This document shows positions 1 to 15,500 of a DNA stretch of 64,000 nucleotides, one piece after another. The DNA comes from Trichoplax adhaerens (Eukaryota > Animalia > Placozoa): contig NW_002060966.1 of NCBI RefSeq assembly GCF_000150275.1, positions 14,415 through 78,414 on the forward strand, given 5' to 3'. The position numbers were made by a program, and so were the translations under genes. Position 1 is the stretch's first letter; each line of letters opens with the position of its first letter. The notes under the pieces are model-generated. The model saw only the letters and a list, made by a program, of their open reading frames with translations. It did no database searches and was not told the origin of the DNA.

Positions 1-558
1 TTGATACTGTATAGCGCGGGGATAAGGACAAATAAGAAGCTTGCTAGCCATGTTGAACTTGTTATTGCTCGAGTAGCAGCCATGCTCAATTGTTTTCTTT
101 TGTTCGAATAGATGATAATGATAAACCTATCAATGCTGATAATCACCATTAAAAATACTGACACTAAACTTGAGGTAGTCACTAAAATACAAGATAGTAT
201 ACATAAAGGATTTTCCAGCCAATCCTCAGATCGTTGGCCGTACTGATCTTGACTGCTATATACTGAATTAGCAAAAGCTATGATGAATAAATAAATTGAC
301 ATGATAAAATCGGATACAGCAAGATTGTTGATTAAGAGAATATAAGCTTTTCCAAGTGTATCTTTTGTGTAATGATTATATAACATAACCATAATGTTAC
401 CGAAAAACGCCAGACAGCCAACAACCCAGACAAAAGATTGTAATGAAATATGAGCAAGAAGATGTCGGCAAGATGATAAAGTATCGGACATCATCGATGG
501 CTCACAGGTTACAATTTTAGCAGGTATCATGCAGCAAAAGTAAGGACGGTTTGTTAAC
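1..558 (-). CDS. Gene A terminal exon (partial): hinge plus TM1-TM4 of rhodopsin-class 7TM
   Basis: Open frame LTNRPYFCCMIPAKIVTCEPSMMSDTLSSCRHLLAHISLQSFVWVVGCLAFFGN...LINNLAVSDF...ISIDRF...; paralogous to 25606-26713; AG acceptor at 559-560. Confidence 0.93.
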
Positions 559-3500
559 CTATTAATATATTTTACAGGGAGACAGAAAAAATAGTGAATT
601 CGAGTCATAAAATAATGCAAATATGCAGACGGAAAGTAGAATAGCTGATAAAATACTACTGAATTGACTTACGTTTCTACCAACTGAGGCGGACCGAAAA
701 AAGATTCTCGAGATATATAAGCTAATAAATTCATTCGTAGATCTCTAAAGAATGTGCAGCAGATAATAAGATGCCGTAATTGTAATACTTAGTAGTATGA
801 AGAATTAAAAGGCAAATAGCATATGTACTAATGAAAGTAATCACCATTTGCAGTAGCATATTATCAGAAACAAGCAAAATCAAACTGAGATTCTAATCCC
901 TGATAATGAAACAGTAAATTTTCACCGTACTTTTTTAACTGACGCTAAAGTAGTATTCATCGTTGGAAATTTAGTCATTTCTTGCTTAGGGTAATAAAAA
1001 GTCGGATCACTTAACTAAAATGCATTGCATGTACGAGCAAATCTTGCATTTAAAGGAGGTTAAAAGATTAATATGGAATAAACTAAATCAACAAAGGAGA
1101 GATAAACTGATTTTACGTAGTTAATGCTAATTGTTCTGTAATTCTGCAAGAAGTAAAAAATTAATAAAATTCAATTTATAACATAGACCGTACTTATATA
1201 TGCACCAAAGTATAGATGCAAGTTTAATCACATTTTCGTATAGGTAAGGGAGATAATGCGTATTTAAAAGCTATAGTAAATTTTATTAATCTACTCTTAC
1301 ATACAATTTTTGCAAATTTGATAATCCTTTAAAGCATCTTTCCTTGAGTTTTTCAATATTATTTCCACTTGCATCACTTCATAATCAGTGTACAATTGTA
1401 TAACATCTTCTTAGTGGCATATGTTACATCTAATCTTATGAAAAGCGAGACCGATAATTATTGACTCACATTTCTCTTATATTGGGAAATAGTTCAACAA
1501 TGTCTAGATTTGCACCACATATTCCCACGATTTGATTACCGGAAATATTTCTGATTCATAAAGGTGCACGAATAGACAATGATAGATTGATTATTATTAA
1601 TAAATTAAATATGGTTGAACTATAATTTTGTAATCTTGCTACTAGCAATTAACAGGTTTAGTATGTTATTTAATATCTCTGGTGTAATCAATTTTAAATT
1701 ACTCTACTAATGCACTTACAGCTTTTTCAGGTATACGTATCGAGTTAAAAGCGTAGATTTGATCCCTTTTAATTTGTTATTTGCAACGCTTCTGCAATAA
1801 ATATTAGAATATCATTGACTTTGAGAAACAAATCTATAATTCTATATACTCTTAAAGTGGGAATTGAGGAAACTTTAGTTAATTGTCTGCATCAGTTACG
1901 TTATACGGTGTATGTATATATATCTATATAAAATAAACTACGTATGGAATAGCTTTAACTAAATATTGACTGAGCTTAGTTGAAAGAGGCTTCTGATTCA
2001 TAGCGTAAATATTACAGGTCAGAAATTATTCAAAAATATTGAAGTCTATGTTACTTATCTATGTTATTATCTCACGATAGTCACCCCGAGGGTAGCTGGT
2101 AAACATTAATTCTTTTATTTATTAACCTCTGTCTATATGTTTCCACTAATAAACGTAAAATATCATTAAGATATGTGAACTTCACTAGATAAATTAAGGG
2201 CTATGATATATCGCTATGCTATCTCACATAGTAAAGTCTCAAGCAACCATATTAAGAGTTATAGTCAATTACATATTAATATCAAATTTTGTGTACTCAT
2301 CTAACTTACGGTATAATTGTAACTACTTTTCTACTATACTGTATATATCTTTCTAGCTTGTATCACTTTAAGAACATGAGATAATTATAACATCATGTCT
2401 ACTAATATCAGCATGTATATATAATAATAAATGTATCTAATTTGAAAAAAATAGAAATATCGTAAAGAACGTGTTCAGTATTAGATTAAGGAAAAATGGC
2501 AACCAAATTATCTTACAATTCAGTTAGCACATTTAAATCCTTGCCAGAGACATCGAACATGTCAAATTCACGTAGATTGTTGTCATTTAATGATCTGTTA
2601 TTAGATAAGCGCAAAACATCAAACGGTAGATAATCTGCGGCATATTTTTAAATACAAGATCTTACTCAATAGCACTTATTTTAATTGAGTCTGTATTTAA
2701 TAGCGAGATCAATATATTGCAATAGCTTATCCTATGATCTATCATTAGCACTATACTTACAAAACTCTAAGATCGTCAAACGTGAAGGCCTTGTGTTGGA
2801 ATAGTTGAAATATTGCATTTATTTAATTGACTGTAAATAATTGTTAAATTAAAATCAGAACTAGTTATGTATTTTATTGCTGCACTGTACCATACCATTA
2901 TTGTTTTTAGGTAATTTGATACTTCTACAGAGTGAAATTATACGGTTATTCACAATAACTATTAATCCTCATACCAGAAAACTCTATGTAATGATAGCCA
3001 GATTATTATTATGTAGAGCTTACTGGTGCAAGGGATGAAATACCGTTCATGCTTGTTACAGTGTTATACACTGTAATATCGAGATTATAGTAGAAACACC
3101 TATGTTAGGATAATTTTGTTGATTTACCCTTATATGAAATGTTTCTAATTTAGATATGTGATATTTAAATATAGCTCTAGCTTTTACGAAGATATATACA
3201 TCTGTCACAAACCAGCTTCGTGACAAGAATAACGTAAAACAAATCTCTAAATTACTATAGTCTCCGAGATTCAGTATCCTACTACTCACAAGAATTTAGA
3301 CGCCTTTGATTCTACGTTAAAACAACTATACAATTGAGAACTGCTTTATTCAACTATCTGACGGGCTTATATACCCTTCTACAGCAGCTAACATTCACAA
3401 GTCATCTTATAAAAATACCTGGGTGAGAACATCTACTAACTAGTTTTTCACAGTCGGACTACAATATGTCCATTCACAGAATCATTTCAGCACACATTAC

Positions 3501-6500
3501 AGCACAGCAATAAATTTACTGTAGCACATTTATAATTAGAGTAATTCCTATTGTAAGTAACTAGTTGTAATATAATGTCACTATATCATATTAACCAAAT
3601 TTAGATATCTATTTCTTCACGGTAGTTCGTACCGTGACAACATCCTACTGAAATTAGTAGTTAAATTAGGGAATCGAGAATAATCTTCTTACAATTCAAA
3701 TCACTATGATTGTAATTGACTTATGGTAGATTGTAGATTATCGTAGAAATGTTCCGTGATAGGATATATTGTATTCTGACAATTTTGTATTAGTCATTTG
3801 ATGTCTATGTTCGTAAATACTGTTGTCTTCATTAGGCAGCAGTAGATAAAATTAGCTTTTGATTCATTATCAGGTTTCAACGTTAATATAACTAACTAGG
3901 ATATCTTTGCTATTGTAAAAGAGTATATGAATGCGATTAATCGTATAACAAAGTTAGTTCTCATAATTAGTTTTTAACGTAAGGTATGAGGCGTCTTAGT
4001 CTATTTTAAGTCTACTAGTATACGAAAAGTGTCCCTGAAAGAGTAGACATTGCTCTCTGACTCGTGGTTCAGGGAATCGACAGATTAGTCGTGCATTACG
4101 TTATCTTGTTACAAAGCTGTTTTGTAACAATGCTTCAATTATCTGAATATTTTTCTACTTAGCTACTATGTTTTCTTCTACATTGAATTTTTGTACAATC
4201 AGTTAACATTATCTTAAAAGCTATAAAATATACTCATCAAATGTCATCTTCTTACATTCCAATCAGGAATTGCCCAACACGGTCGTATAAATCTCTTATA
4301 AAGGTATCTAATATCACAGGATTATCACTTATATCCCTAAAAGTTAGAACACATATATTGAGACAATGGCAAATCCTTTCTAAAATTCTTATCATTTAAA
4401 TTAGAAAGATGTAATAGTTAGTACGCATTTAAGCCGGCATAGGTTTATTTAAGCTTACAATTTTAAGTTAATGATAGCTGCCATTCCTTCAAGAATTCCG
4501 GGCCAATTATTGCCCGCCAATTTTCTATAAAGGTAGTCGAAAGGATATTTAGTATAATGTTATTCAATTGGGCCTCGTGCTGTCACTACAGATACGATAT
4601 TCTGAGGTGATGCACTGCTAAATAATATAGTAGATTGGAATAAAAATCCTGTTATTAACGAAACAGGTCAATATAACTTACAAGTCATTTACTAAGTTTA
4701 ATTTATCAAGAAAATCTTTCTGTAAGTCTATTCCGTTTGCAATCAGATTCGTATAGCTCATATCACTGGTAGATAAATATAATAAATGATAACTTAGTTT
4801 CAAATATATTAAACAGGTTATTGTGTGTGGCTTAGTTATCAAATTTATTAGCTACTTACATTTTAGTAACTTGATAGAATAGACGATCACAGTTAGGATC
4901 GATCTTTACTATATTGTTGTTTGCTAAAGTTCTTATTTAATTAAAGACAGCAAAAATAAGTAAGTTAATAAGTAACTAGTCTATTACTAGTAAAATTTTC
5001 ACGGAACATAATAAAACCAGTAATTAAGCGTATAATTGAAGAAATCTTCAGGAAAATGCAATACTTACAGAGATCTGAGTACTGGAGGTAATCCCGAACA
5101 ATTCAAGTATGTGATTTCGTTTCCTGCCAAATTACTGAAATTAAAATAAAACTAAATTTTTAAAACGAAATTACTAAAATGGTAGCTTCCTATATATTTA
5201 AGTTAAGTCACAATCAACTTTAGTATTAAAACTCAAATAATATGTAACTGAAAGTTTTCGGTATGTACAAATATAGAAATATTGATAATGAGATGCAGTT
5301 AATAACTAAAGCAAAGATTTTGATAGCTTATTAAATCACCAATAAAAATATAAGAAAAAAATCAGTTATCGACTCCTTGATAGATCTATTATTCATGTTG
5401 TGCTAAAATCAATACTCTCTATAGATAAAAAGATGTCGTAAAAATTACTGTTAGATTCAGTGAGACGTGTCGTTTATCTCTTTCTGCGAAATTAAGGTGA
5501 CACAGAGTTCTGCTTATCGTTCTAATTTTTAGAAATAAGTTATTGCTAGAGTTGTGTGATCAAAAATATCGATCATTAATGATTGTTACGTGTCATACCT
5601 TTTAACCGACAATAACTCTAAATGTTAGATAATTATTATTATTTACGTCTTGAGCTAAGCTATATCTTCATAATATTGATTAGCATGGTAGTAAATAACA
5701 ATGGTGAACATGAGATGTGGAGGTGTTATAATTATTCATACTTGCTAATTAATATTTATTATCTAATGTCGCCTGCTTTTGTGGTCTCTGTAGTATTTGC
5801 TGCTGCAATCAGCATAGCAGCATTCTACCATATTTTATACACATTTAGCTTTATTATTAGTTACAATATTTTATAGCTAATCATCATTAATCCAATATAG
5901 AAATGATTACAGTATTTTCGTTGACATTATTCCTACCACTCAAAGTAAAATGCACTAAGTATATCCAAATGTATAATTTACAATTCTATTTCTACCTCTA
6001 ACCTTATTATTTGCTCAAAATCTTACTGTATATAGTCATCTGTACTCTAGCATAGAGTCTATCCTTAGAGTCAATAATTATGGGCTACTAAATACATCAT
6101 AAGATAAATATAGAAAAGACACTACCGTACATCGTAGTAAACATGGCTAATAGTCTACAATTAAAATACTAATTTACTTTACAAGAACATATTCCGAAGT
6201 TAATAGAAGTTTGAATAGAGTAGATAGACCAGTTTACAAGGTTATCAAATTAATCGTATTTCGGAATATTTTAGGTATAATTTAGTGTATACTGCAAACA
6301 GAAATAGTATGAATGAGATGACATATTTATTAAAATATATAGAGAGTACAGATGTTATCCTCCATAATCCACTTACAGCTCTTCTAAGAATGTCAAACCC
6401 AGATCTTCTTGATCAGATAAGGTTACAGCATTGTTGCTTAGGTCACTGGAAAATTATTACGATTTGAAAAAGCTTCTAAATTTAGTTAATCCATGTATCC

Positions 6501-9500
6501 GTATGTAACAAAACTCTTCTGCTTACAGAATTCTTAAATTTTGGTAAAGCGTAAACGACTTGTTTTTCAACGTTTCAATAGTATTATCACTTAAATATCT
6601 GTAATTAGAGTTAGAACAATTAATTTGGCTAGATTTCATAGCTCAATTGTAATGTCAATCAGCCTGTAAAGTCTTAAATTTTGCAAGTTAATTTTTTCAT
6701 GATATTTAAATAGCTACAACAGATTATTGATACGATTGCCTACAGTTGAGCTAGGTAGGGTAGTCGTGTATTGGAAATTTTGGCTACGTCTTCGATGCGA
6801 TTAGAATTTAAGTTTCTTTCATGGCAAAATGCATTAACACAAGATTGAAAAATATTTTTAAAAACCTTAGATTAGATAATTAGTTCAAAATCTCACTAAA
6901 ACAAATTGAATATTTTACGAATACCCAAAAAGCTTATTTTTGCTATGAATGATGTAATAAATATATCTTACATTATTCGTATGTTTTTCAATCCTTTCAA
7001 GACAGCATTTACATCAGATATTTGATTGTGTTGTAGATATCTAAAGCATAATTTAATTTTAAATGATATTAGAATACTTTGATAAAGTGATTATTGACAT
7101 CTTGCTATTATAACAATACAGTATATATTAGATTTACAAAGAGTTCAACTTTGTATTCATGAAATAATTTTCGTTCAAAGTTCCTATTTCGTTATGGTCG
7201 AGATACCTTAAGAGAATATCAAATCAATTAGATAAATAATATCCGCATAAGTGTCTATCATAAACAGAATGAACTTAAAGAATTCAATGGGGGTTGCATA
7301 TCTGTATTACGTTTAATTTTTAATTTCTAGAAATTCGAGTAGAGATTGCAAGATAAACTGGAAATAAATAATCAGTATCTTTTACTGTTAATTGTTGCTT
7401 ACAATTCTTTGAGACTTGCTAGCTTAGCAAAATCTTTAACATTTATTGCTTTAATGCTATTAGATGTTAGAGACCTAGATTTTAAATGAGAATTATATAT
7501 TTTAAAATTTAAATGATTAAGATTTGCACATTATCTCGTATTGAATTTTGTTTTTATTCTCAATGAACAAAAGATTAATGCAATTATCCTTATGAAGCAA
7601 TCAAAATGCCTTTAAGATACAGTTTAACAAACTTTCTATCATCTTGTTATATAGTTTTTAGTGTAAAATCTTACAGAGCAATTGTTACTGTGATAACAGT
7701 TATATTTAAACTAGTCTTGGCAGTAAGCCCATCTAAAATATTGTTTATTTGAAACAATAACGCTATTTCTAAAACTATTTGATGCTAGAGAAAGCTGATA
7801 AACTAAATAAGGTGAACCTGAATTACTGTACGCATTTTAATAAATGGTAATAAATTATTTAAACTCTAAACGCATACTTACAGAACAATAAGTTGAGATA
7901 GTGGTCTTATAAAATCTAACTTCTGTAAATTGTTGTATTGCAACATTCTATAAAATAGTACCAAAAAATAATTTATTATAGAGCTGCTTTATTAAGAGGA
8001 CACAAGAATAAGTATGATCATGCTTCACAGCACCTTAAAATCAGTGATTAAATAAGTATTTTGATAGGATTAATGTGGATAAACTAATCAACTAATGAAA
8101 CATATGAGATATTTAAGGGTATGCTTTGAAACTTACAGCGATTGTAACTTTGCAAAAGGTTCTAATGCGTCAAGGTGAATATTATATAAAGCATTGGAAG
8201 AGACGTTTCTATAGAAATTAAAATGCAATTAATTAGACAAGAATATCGGTATAATGAAATGTACAGGTAATATTTTAAATGTCTTTCTAAAGCAAATGAA
8301 TTGACTAGGATTACAAAGATTTCTTAATAATATAATAGCATTAAATTTTATCACTTATGCAGCCTGTTGTAATCATCATGGTGACTTTATTTCAACTTTA
8401 AACCTCGTTTTCAGTTATTATTAAAGCAAATTGTATTTTCTAATTCCGTTAATATTATAAATTTTGGCACCGAAAGAGTTTATTTCTTGAAATACCGTGT
8501 CCAATTAATTTTAGTATTTGTGTCTAAGTAGAACTGACGACGAACATGTACGTTTTTAGTTTTAATCTAATTTTGTGTTGATTTGATTAATTGGTCCGTA
8601 TTCGAATTTATATCAGAACTATACGTTAAAATGTTAAAGATTTGGAACATTGGTAGTTCCAAATTGCTACAGATAATTTTATCAATCTAACTTTTAATAT
8701 TTCTTACAATTACATCTGTTAATTTGTGCACTATATTTTATCCATACATTTTATGTTGCTGTTGAATGTATTAGAATCAGAGTGATTTTGGTAACGTCAT
8801 ATAGCAGCAAATTAACAAAATTATTTTTGTATCAGGAGCAAAATATAAGAATAATGTATGCATGAGAGAGCATTAAGCAATCAATTTATAGCATCCCAAA
8901 TAGATTTAAATCGAAATAATAAATGGTCTATTTCGATAATAGAAGTCTTGTGGTCTTAGTAATAAGACCAATTATTTACGATACTTACAATGACAAAACA
9001 GAGTTGTAATTATTCAAAGTGAAGAAATTTACTGCACTTTCTATATTTCTGTAGCGATTACCAGTTAAATCGCTGACATAAAAACAAATACAGCTCTTGG
9101 TAAGTAAAATCAGAACAAACTTATGAAATTATACAAAAATCTAGGAAATGTACTTTTCGTGCATTTCTGAGTAAATAGATGAACTTGTACTTACAGATGT
9201 ACCAGATGATCTAGTGTAGAAAAGTTGAGTGTGTTTTTTTCATGCAGTTTATTATAAGATAGATTACTTTTGCGAATAAAATTCCCCAAAAATGATTTAT
9301 TAGCATCAGAATCGTTAAAATAGAAGTACTATATATATATATATATAAAGTAACATATACATAAATAAAGCTTATCACAGTAATTACCAGTTCATATTTA
9401 ACAGTAATTATAACCGTGATTAAAATCAGAAGTATACAAACTTACAGGGTTCTGCAGTCTCCGAAGTCTAATTGATTTATTTTTGAGAGAAAGTTATTAG

Positions 9501-12500
9501 TTAAATCCCTAAATTCGAATAATGACCGTTAAATGGCCGCTTATTAGCAAGATATAAAATAATGGAAGAATATATCATAAGAAAGTAGAGTAGAGGTTTG
9601 TCTGATATCAGAAGTTATTTCTATACTAATCGTGATTCTGATAAAGCTTTGCTCTTATATACTTACTAATAATTGCTACTATCATATTGTTAAAGGTAAA
9701 GAACATCATTATTTCAAAGTTGTAGAATGTAAAGAACATATGCATTACTTACAGGACTTTTATTACCACAGAATTCTTTTTTGCCTTAGCTAAATTACCG
9801 TTTCCATGCAGCTTTAGTGGGTAGGATCTCGAAAGTCCTCTGAAAAAGTAAAAACAATCATAATTAGCGATAGCTGTAACGTTTAATGTTTTGTTTAGTT
9901 TGTAACGCTCTAGTATTACTCATAATAATTCCTATCATATTCCTTAAATATCATTGTATTTGTATGCCTTCATAAGATGGAATTATATAAGATGACCGTA
10001 ACATACAAGAAATCCATAAATGCCACAGCTGGTAATTGAAATTCATAAAAGTTTCTGATAGGATTACCACTAAGCTGCCTGGTAAAATTAGAATTATAAG
10101 CAAATATTGTTTACTTTTCATTTTGCGTCTTATGGCATAAGCGAATATATAAAAAGAAAATGCGTTTAAAATATTGAATAAAGTTTATTATTGAGAGAGA
10201 TCTGGATATCAAATGAATGAGGTGGAAAGATACTATACTTACAATAGTTGTAATTTATTCATGCCAGAGAATGCGCCAGTATCAATAAAAGACAATTTGT
10301 TCGTCTGTAAGCGTCTACAATGCGAATAAATAGTAAATAGTTAGCATTTAGTCAAGCAGATGTAAATATACCGCTGCCTATCACACAGTCATAATAATAC
10401 TTATAAATCCGAAAAATGCCATACTTAACTAATATTTGTTAATTACAATTGATTGCCATTATCATTAGATGGATTAAATTTAGGTTATATTATTATTTCG
10501 ATTCTAATTGACATTCAGATATCTAACTTTAACACAACGCAATATGAAGTTCAATTACGAATTTTAGATTTTTAAAAAATTAGTAAGGTGCCAGTATTAG
10601 TTATCAAAGCCCTGTGCAATTATCTGATTTGATGATTGTAAAATTATGGCTGTCGAAACAGTACTAGTGAATATAGTATTTGCTAATTGCATTAAGTATT
10701 CATTTTTACTTGATAGGCTTCTATAGCAATTAAGCTTATAGATACGAATTTGTATAACAATATATCATCATGTAATGTAGGAAATCCTACCATATTTTAC
10801 GCTACTAAGTTAGTTTACAGTACATTTGTATACTTGAGCTTAAATTGCTTGCGAAAAATCGATAAAAACAAAATTTTTCTCGTAAACGTGACCGTATGCG
10901 AAGTCGGTCGTTTTGCAAACTGCCCAAGATTGAGCACGTGCTTGCCGCTTACAATGTCTTTAGATTTGAAAGATGCTTAAACTGGAAGTCACTTAATGAA
11001 TGGAGTTCATTTTCGTTCAGATTTCTAGCCACATTTTTAGCCACATATTAAGCAATTATAACAAATAATGATTAAAATCATAGGTAAGTAAATATTTTAT
11101 GAGCTGCATCAGTAGAATATTTAAACAAATTAACTTACAAGTCCTGAAGTTTTATTAAAGGTTGAAAGATTAGAGAGTCCAAGAGTGTTAATTTATTACC
11201 TGCTAAATCTCTATTCGAGCCAAAATAAGATTTGATGCAGTTATTAAAGTTAATACTTACACGACTTATATTAAAGCTACATCATCATTATTATAGTAAA
11301 TAGGAAACGAAACTCTATAAAGTTTTTTAGGGTTAATACATAATATAGCTGTGCAGGAAATGTTGTTTGTAGATCAATTTTACCATGTCAATTATCTAAC
11401 TGTTAAATCTACTAATAATCTTCCATTAAACAGTTATCGATCTCATGGTACTTGTAAATAATTTTAAGTAAAATATTTAAATTAATTATTCTCATTTACT
11501 AACAAAGAAGTGAGGTTATAAAGGTCTTCAAATGCGGTAGCGTTGATTACAGAAATGTTATTAAAGGTTAGTCGTCTAAGAATGGGAAATAGGAGATAAT
11601 TTAATTTTTAATCCTACGTAAGATATATTATGATCGGCTCGGAAGCATTTAGTATTGCCGAGTTTTATCTGTTTAAATCTAACTAAGAGAGCTTTAATGC
11701 AAAGCTTGACTTTGAACCTGAAACTGATATACATATAAAATTATTACAGAGTTAAAAGACTTCTAAGACCCGAAAATTGATAGCTTTCTAATGATTTTAA
11801 TCCGGTATTGATGATATTCCTGTTCAATATAAAAAAGATAGCAATCTTCACTTTATAATAGCAATTTTCACAATTTTATCTTATTTTTACTATCAAATAT
11901 TGGAAAATGAGAAGATTAAATATTTTCTCTTTCTCTGATTGCATGTCACGGAGTACACCAAGCTAGTTTACTAGTCTAACATAAAAGTTTTTGCTTTATG
12001 TTGCATTACAGATTACTGATCTAACCTGAGATAAAATCTAGTAAGAATGTAGTACTGATATTATAATGTATAAGCACCAACCCTCTGAAAAACTCACAAT
12101 AAGTGGATATACACTGTACTATAACCTACAAAACAGCTTTTACTTAGTGACCTACTACTGACTACTATTTCACGAAATGAGCCACATAGCAGCATGCTTA
12201 ATGATATTTCATTTTGGCGTAGAAGATTTCGCTTCTTTCATCAAGAATTAGACCCGATCTAAAAATATTTAACTTACAAGGTTGATGTTGTTGCCATCTT
12301 CTTAAATAGTTCAGTAGGAAGATGGGATAACAAATTATTACTCAGAAATCTGTAGCAAATTTATTTATCCGGATTAGTTCATTAATGTAATTGATCATCA
12401 AGACTATTCTCAAAGCTTTACGTTTACGCTAGCAGTAGTTTATCTGTATCTAGCAACTTCGATATTTAAATAGGTTAACAAGTACTACTTTACGCAATAA

Positions 12501-15500
12501 CACTCTCAAATTTTTAATCATAAATTTGTAGCATTGAGACTCTAACTTTATTATTATACGTATACGTACAATGTCTTAGTTTTAGATAATTTCTGGAACG
12601 ATTTTTCTGCGACGAATCGAATATTATTGCTACTTAAATGCCTATAAAGTTCGAGTCAGAAAATGATTCAAGCTATGTCTTATTTTGCGCTTAAGATAAA
12701 TGAGTAATTTAAATAGATATTATACGATTATTTCATACTTACACAGCATGCAAGTTAGGGGCGCAAATAGTTTCTGGGTAAATATGTGTTAATTTATTGC
12801 GGTCTAAGTCCCTAATTGTTAGAATAAATCGGGATATCTTTTTATATTGTACCTTTGGTTGATTCTAATAGCTAGATTCGGCCACATTGTAAAAGAAATG
12901 AAATTATAAAGAAACACATGTATTCTTTTTTATCCTAATACGCTAAATAAGCTAACTTACTTTAGCTAGTAGTCAGAAGAAAAATTAGTGAATAGTCATG
13001 TTTGACACTTTTATATACGGCTAGACCTAAAATATGCTACAACGCTAATACTGATAACAAAATATAATATCACACCAGATAGTTTATTGACTTATTTGAT
13101 TCTGAATCCAATTGACTACTTTACGTTCTGTGTAATAATGCTTTGGTAGCGCTTATCAAATAGGTTCTAATCATCACTTATTTCATTTCTGAGTCAGACA
13201 TAGAGATAAAACTGATCACGAATATATATAATCAGTAGGAAATTAGGAGTTCATGATAGATATATAATACTATTCTCTGATCTAGCTGTATGCAAAAGCT
13301 AGAAAAATCTTCGAAAGAATTACTAAATCATCTAAAATTGCTTACATATTCGTGCCCTAATATGCAGTACGTACATTATTTGTATGTAGTAAAAGGGACT
13401 ATCATGATCAAATGTATGCGTTACTGATTGATATTTTTTATAGATCCATAATAGTAATTTTACACTGTCCTGTTTATGGTCCTGCATACTTAGGCAGAAT
13501 ATTTCATACGTTAAAGTTTTTAGTCTGTGCGGTGCCTAAGCTTAGCATGCCTAAGAATAGCAATTCATATATGATCTGATAACTAGCAACGTTACATCTC
13601 GTACTAGCTTTCAAATTAGAATAGATTATGTATTATCATAGGTAGCAATTTTTTAGAGTCAATCTAGTCAAGGATGGAAATATTAATTTGATAACATTTC
13701 ATCCTCATAGAATCCGAAAAACTTACAACATTTGTAGCTGTTTGAGGCTGCAAAATGTATTATTTTCTATCGCAACTAGTTTATTAGCAGAGGCGCGGCT
13801 ATATCGTAGCAGATAAGATACGTCAAATTAGTTCCGACATTAAAGACCTAATGAACTATAATATTATTTATTTACATTAACCATATGATCATAACAGGAT
13901 ATCACATCTTACAAATTTGTAATAAAAAATATTGCAGAGCCTTAAAAAAATGACTAAAATAAAAGTAAACTCATTATTAATCTTGCTATGTAACGGATTC
14001 ATTGTAATAACTGTCACATACTCAATTGTTACCACACATTAATAGTAGGACTATATAACCTTTTTATTGAAATTTTTAAAGAAATTCTAATGGCTTACTC
14101 ACAATTCCATCAGATTTATTAAGTTGCTAACATGGTGACGTTGTAACCGGTACACTTGGTTACCTGCAAGAGAACTATAGTGCTCATAGTTAATATTTAG
14201 ATTAAATTTTCAAGTTACGTTCATGATCTGATGGCAAATATCGGAATAAAGCTGGTATATTAGCTAACTATTAATATATGAAGAAAAGCTAAGCTGATCA
14301 AAATTTAGAAGCTTAAATACAGGTGATAATCATCATCTCGAAAGCCCCTATTAAAAGTTCGCAGCTTACACTAGGCCTAAGAATGACTATATTTTTAATA
14401 TCGTCTTCTTAGCACTTTTAAATGCAGGCTAACTGATTGACACAGCCATGAAAATAACTGAGATATAGATTGATAGTTTACGGTAACATTTTACCTTGAA
14501 CTTCTCAAAAATAAAAGCACAACTTTAGGAATTATTGTAGTTGGTGATAAAGTAAATCCTTTACGATATTAAGACGAAATAGTGAATGTTTCAAGTAGGT
14601 GTTAGAAGTATAGAATTTTGATATAGCTCGTAATCGAAACAAACTTTTGTATCAAAAAGCTTATTACTTCAAATGTTCGTATATGATAAATTAGTCATAA
14701 TAACATTTTTTATTAAAAATATGCTGAAAGCGTAATAAATATGTTTACTACGACTGATAGTATATATAAATGGGATAGTAATCTATAAAAAGTGAAAAGA
14801 ATTTCGTAATATTGTGTTATGCGAAAGTGTGTGTACTTCCCAAAGATTTAAGTTACTGTACCGTACGCCGGGAAGATAGTATTGCTGATTAAAGGAAAAT
14901 TTACTGGAAGTACGATTATTGTTTTCTCGTATCACAAGAGTAGTTGTGGCACTGATATAGTTAAGCAATACATTCATAATTTTAGTACGCTAAGCTATAA
15001 ACTGATTATTTGTACAAAAGGTAAACAGGCTGAAAATAATGTATCTTAGTGGATAAAAGCGTGTAGTACATTAATAAATAGAAAAATTAGTTTCAAATAC
15101 AGTGAAGCGGAGTAGGTGAGAAATTTGGATAGCCATAAAAATATGGATGCAGCATAATACGAGTCTCTCTCTTGAATTTGATCTTAAGCTTTATGTTGTA
15201 ATTTTATTATGATTATACCTCTACGATTGCAATAAGCGAGAAAATATGAGAGTATCGCAGATGGAACTTAATTTTATTTTATCTTGATTTACTTAGTACG
15301 TTGTTGTATAGTGATTAAAAATTAATTTCTAATATTATTTATGCCAAGCAGCGGACGAGAATTACATTACGCTATTCAAGTTCATGTGCCGGTATGAAAT
15401 TGGCTTCAATCTATTTAATATGTCTTTACCTACTCGTTAGGTAACTTACGAAACCCATAGCAATATTATAGTGTTTTACTAGTACTATCTAGATTTGGTA

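Noticed and set aside
7675-7732. Extra exon in gene A with a good GTAAG donor
   Set aside because: 58 bp would shift the frame, it is not LRR-like, it has no clear counterpart in gene B, and exons 35 and 36 join cleanly without it.
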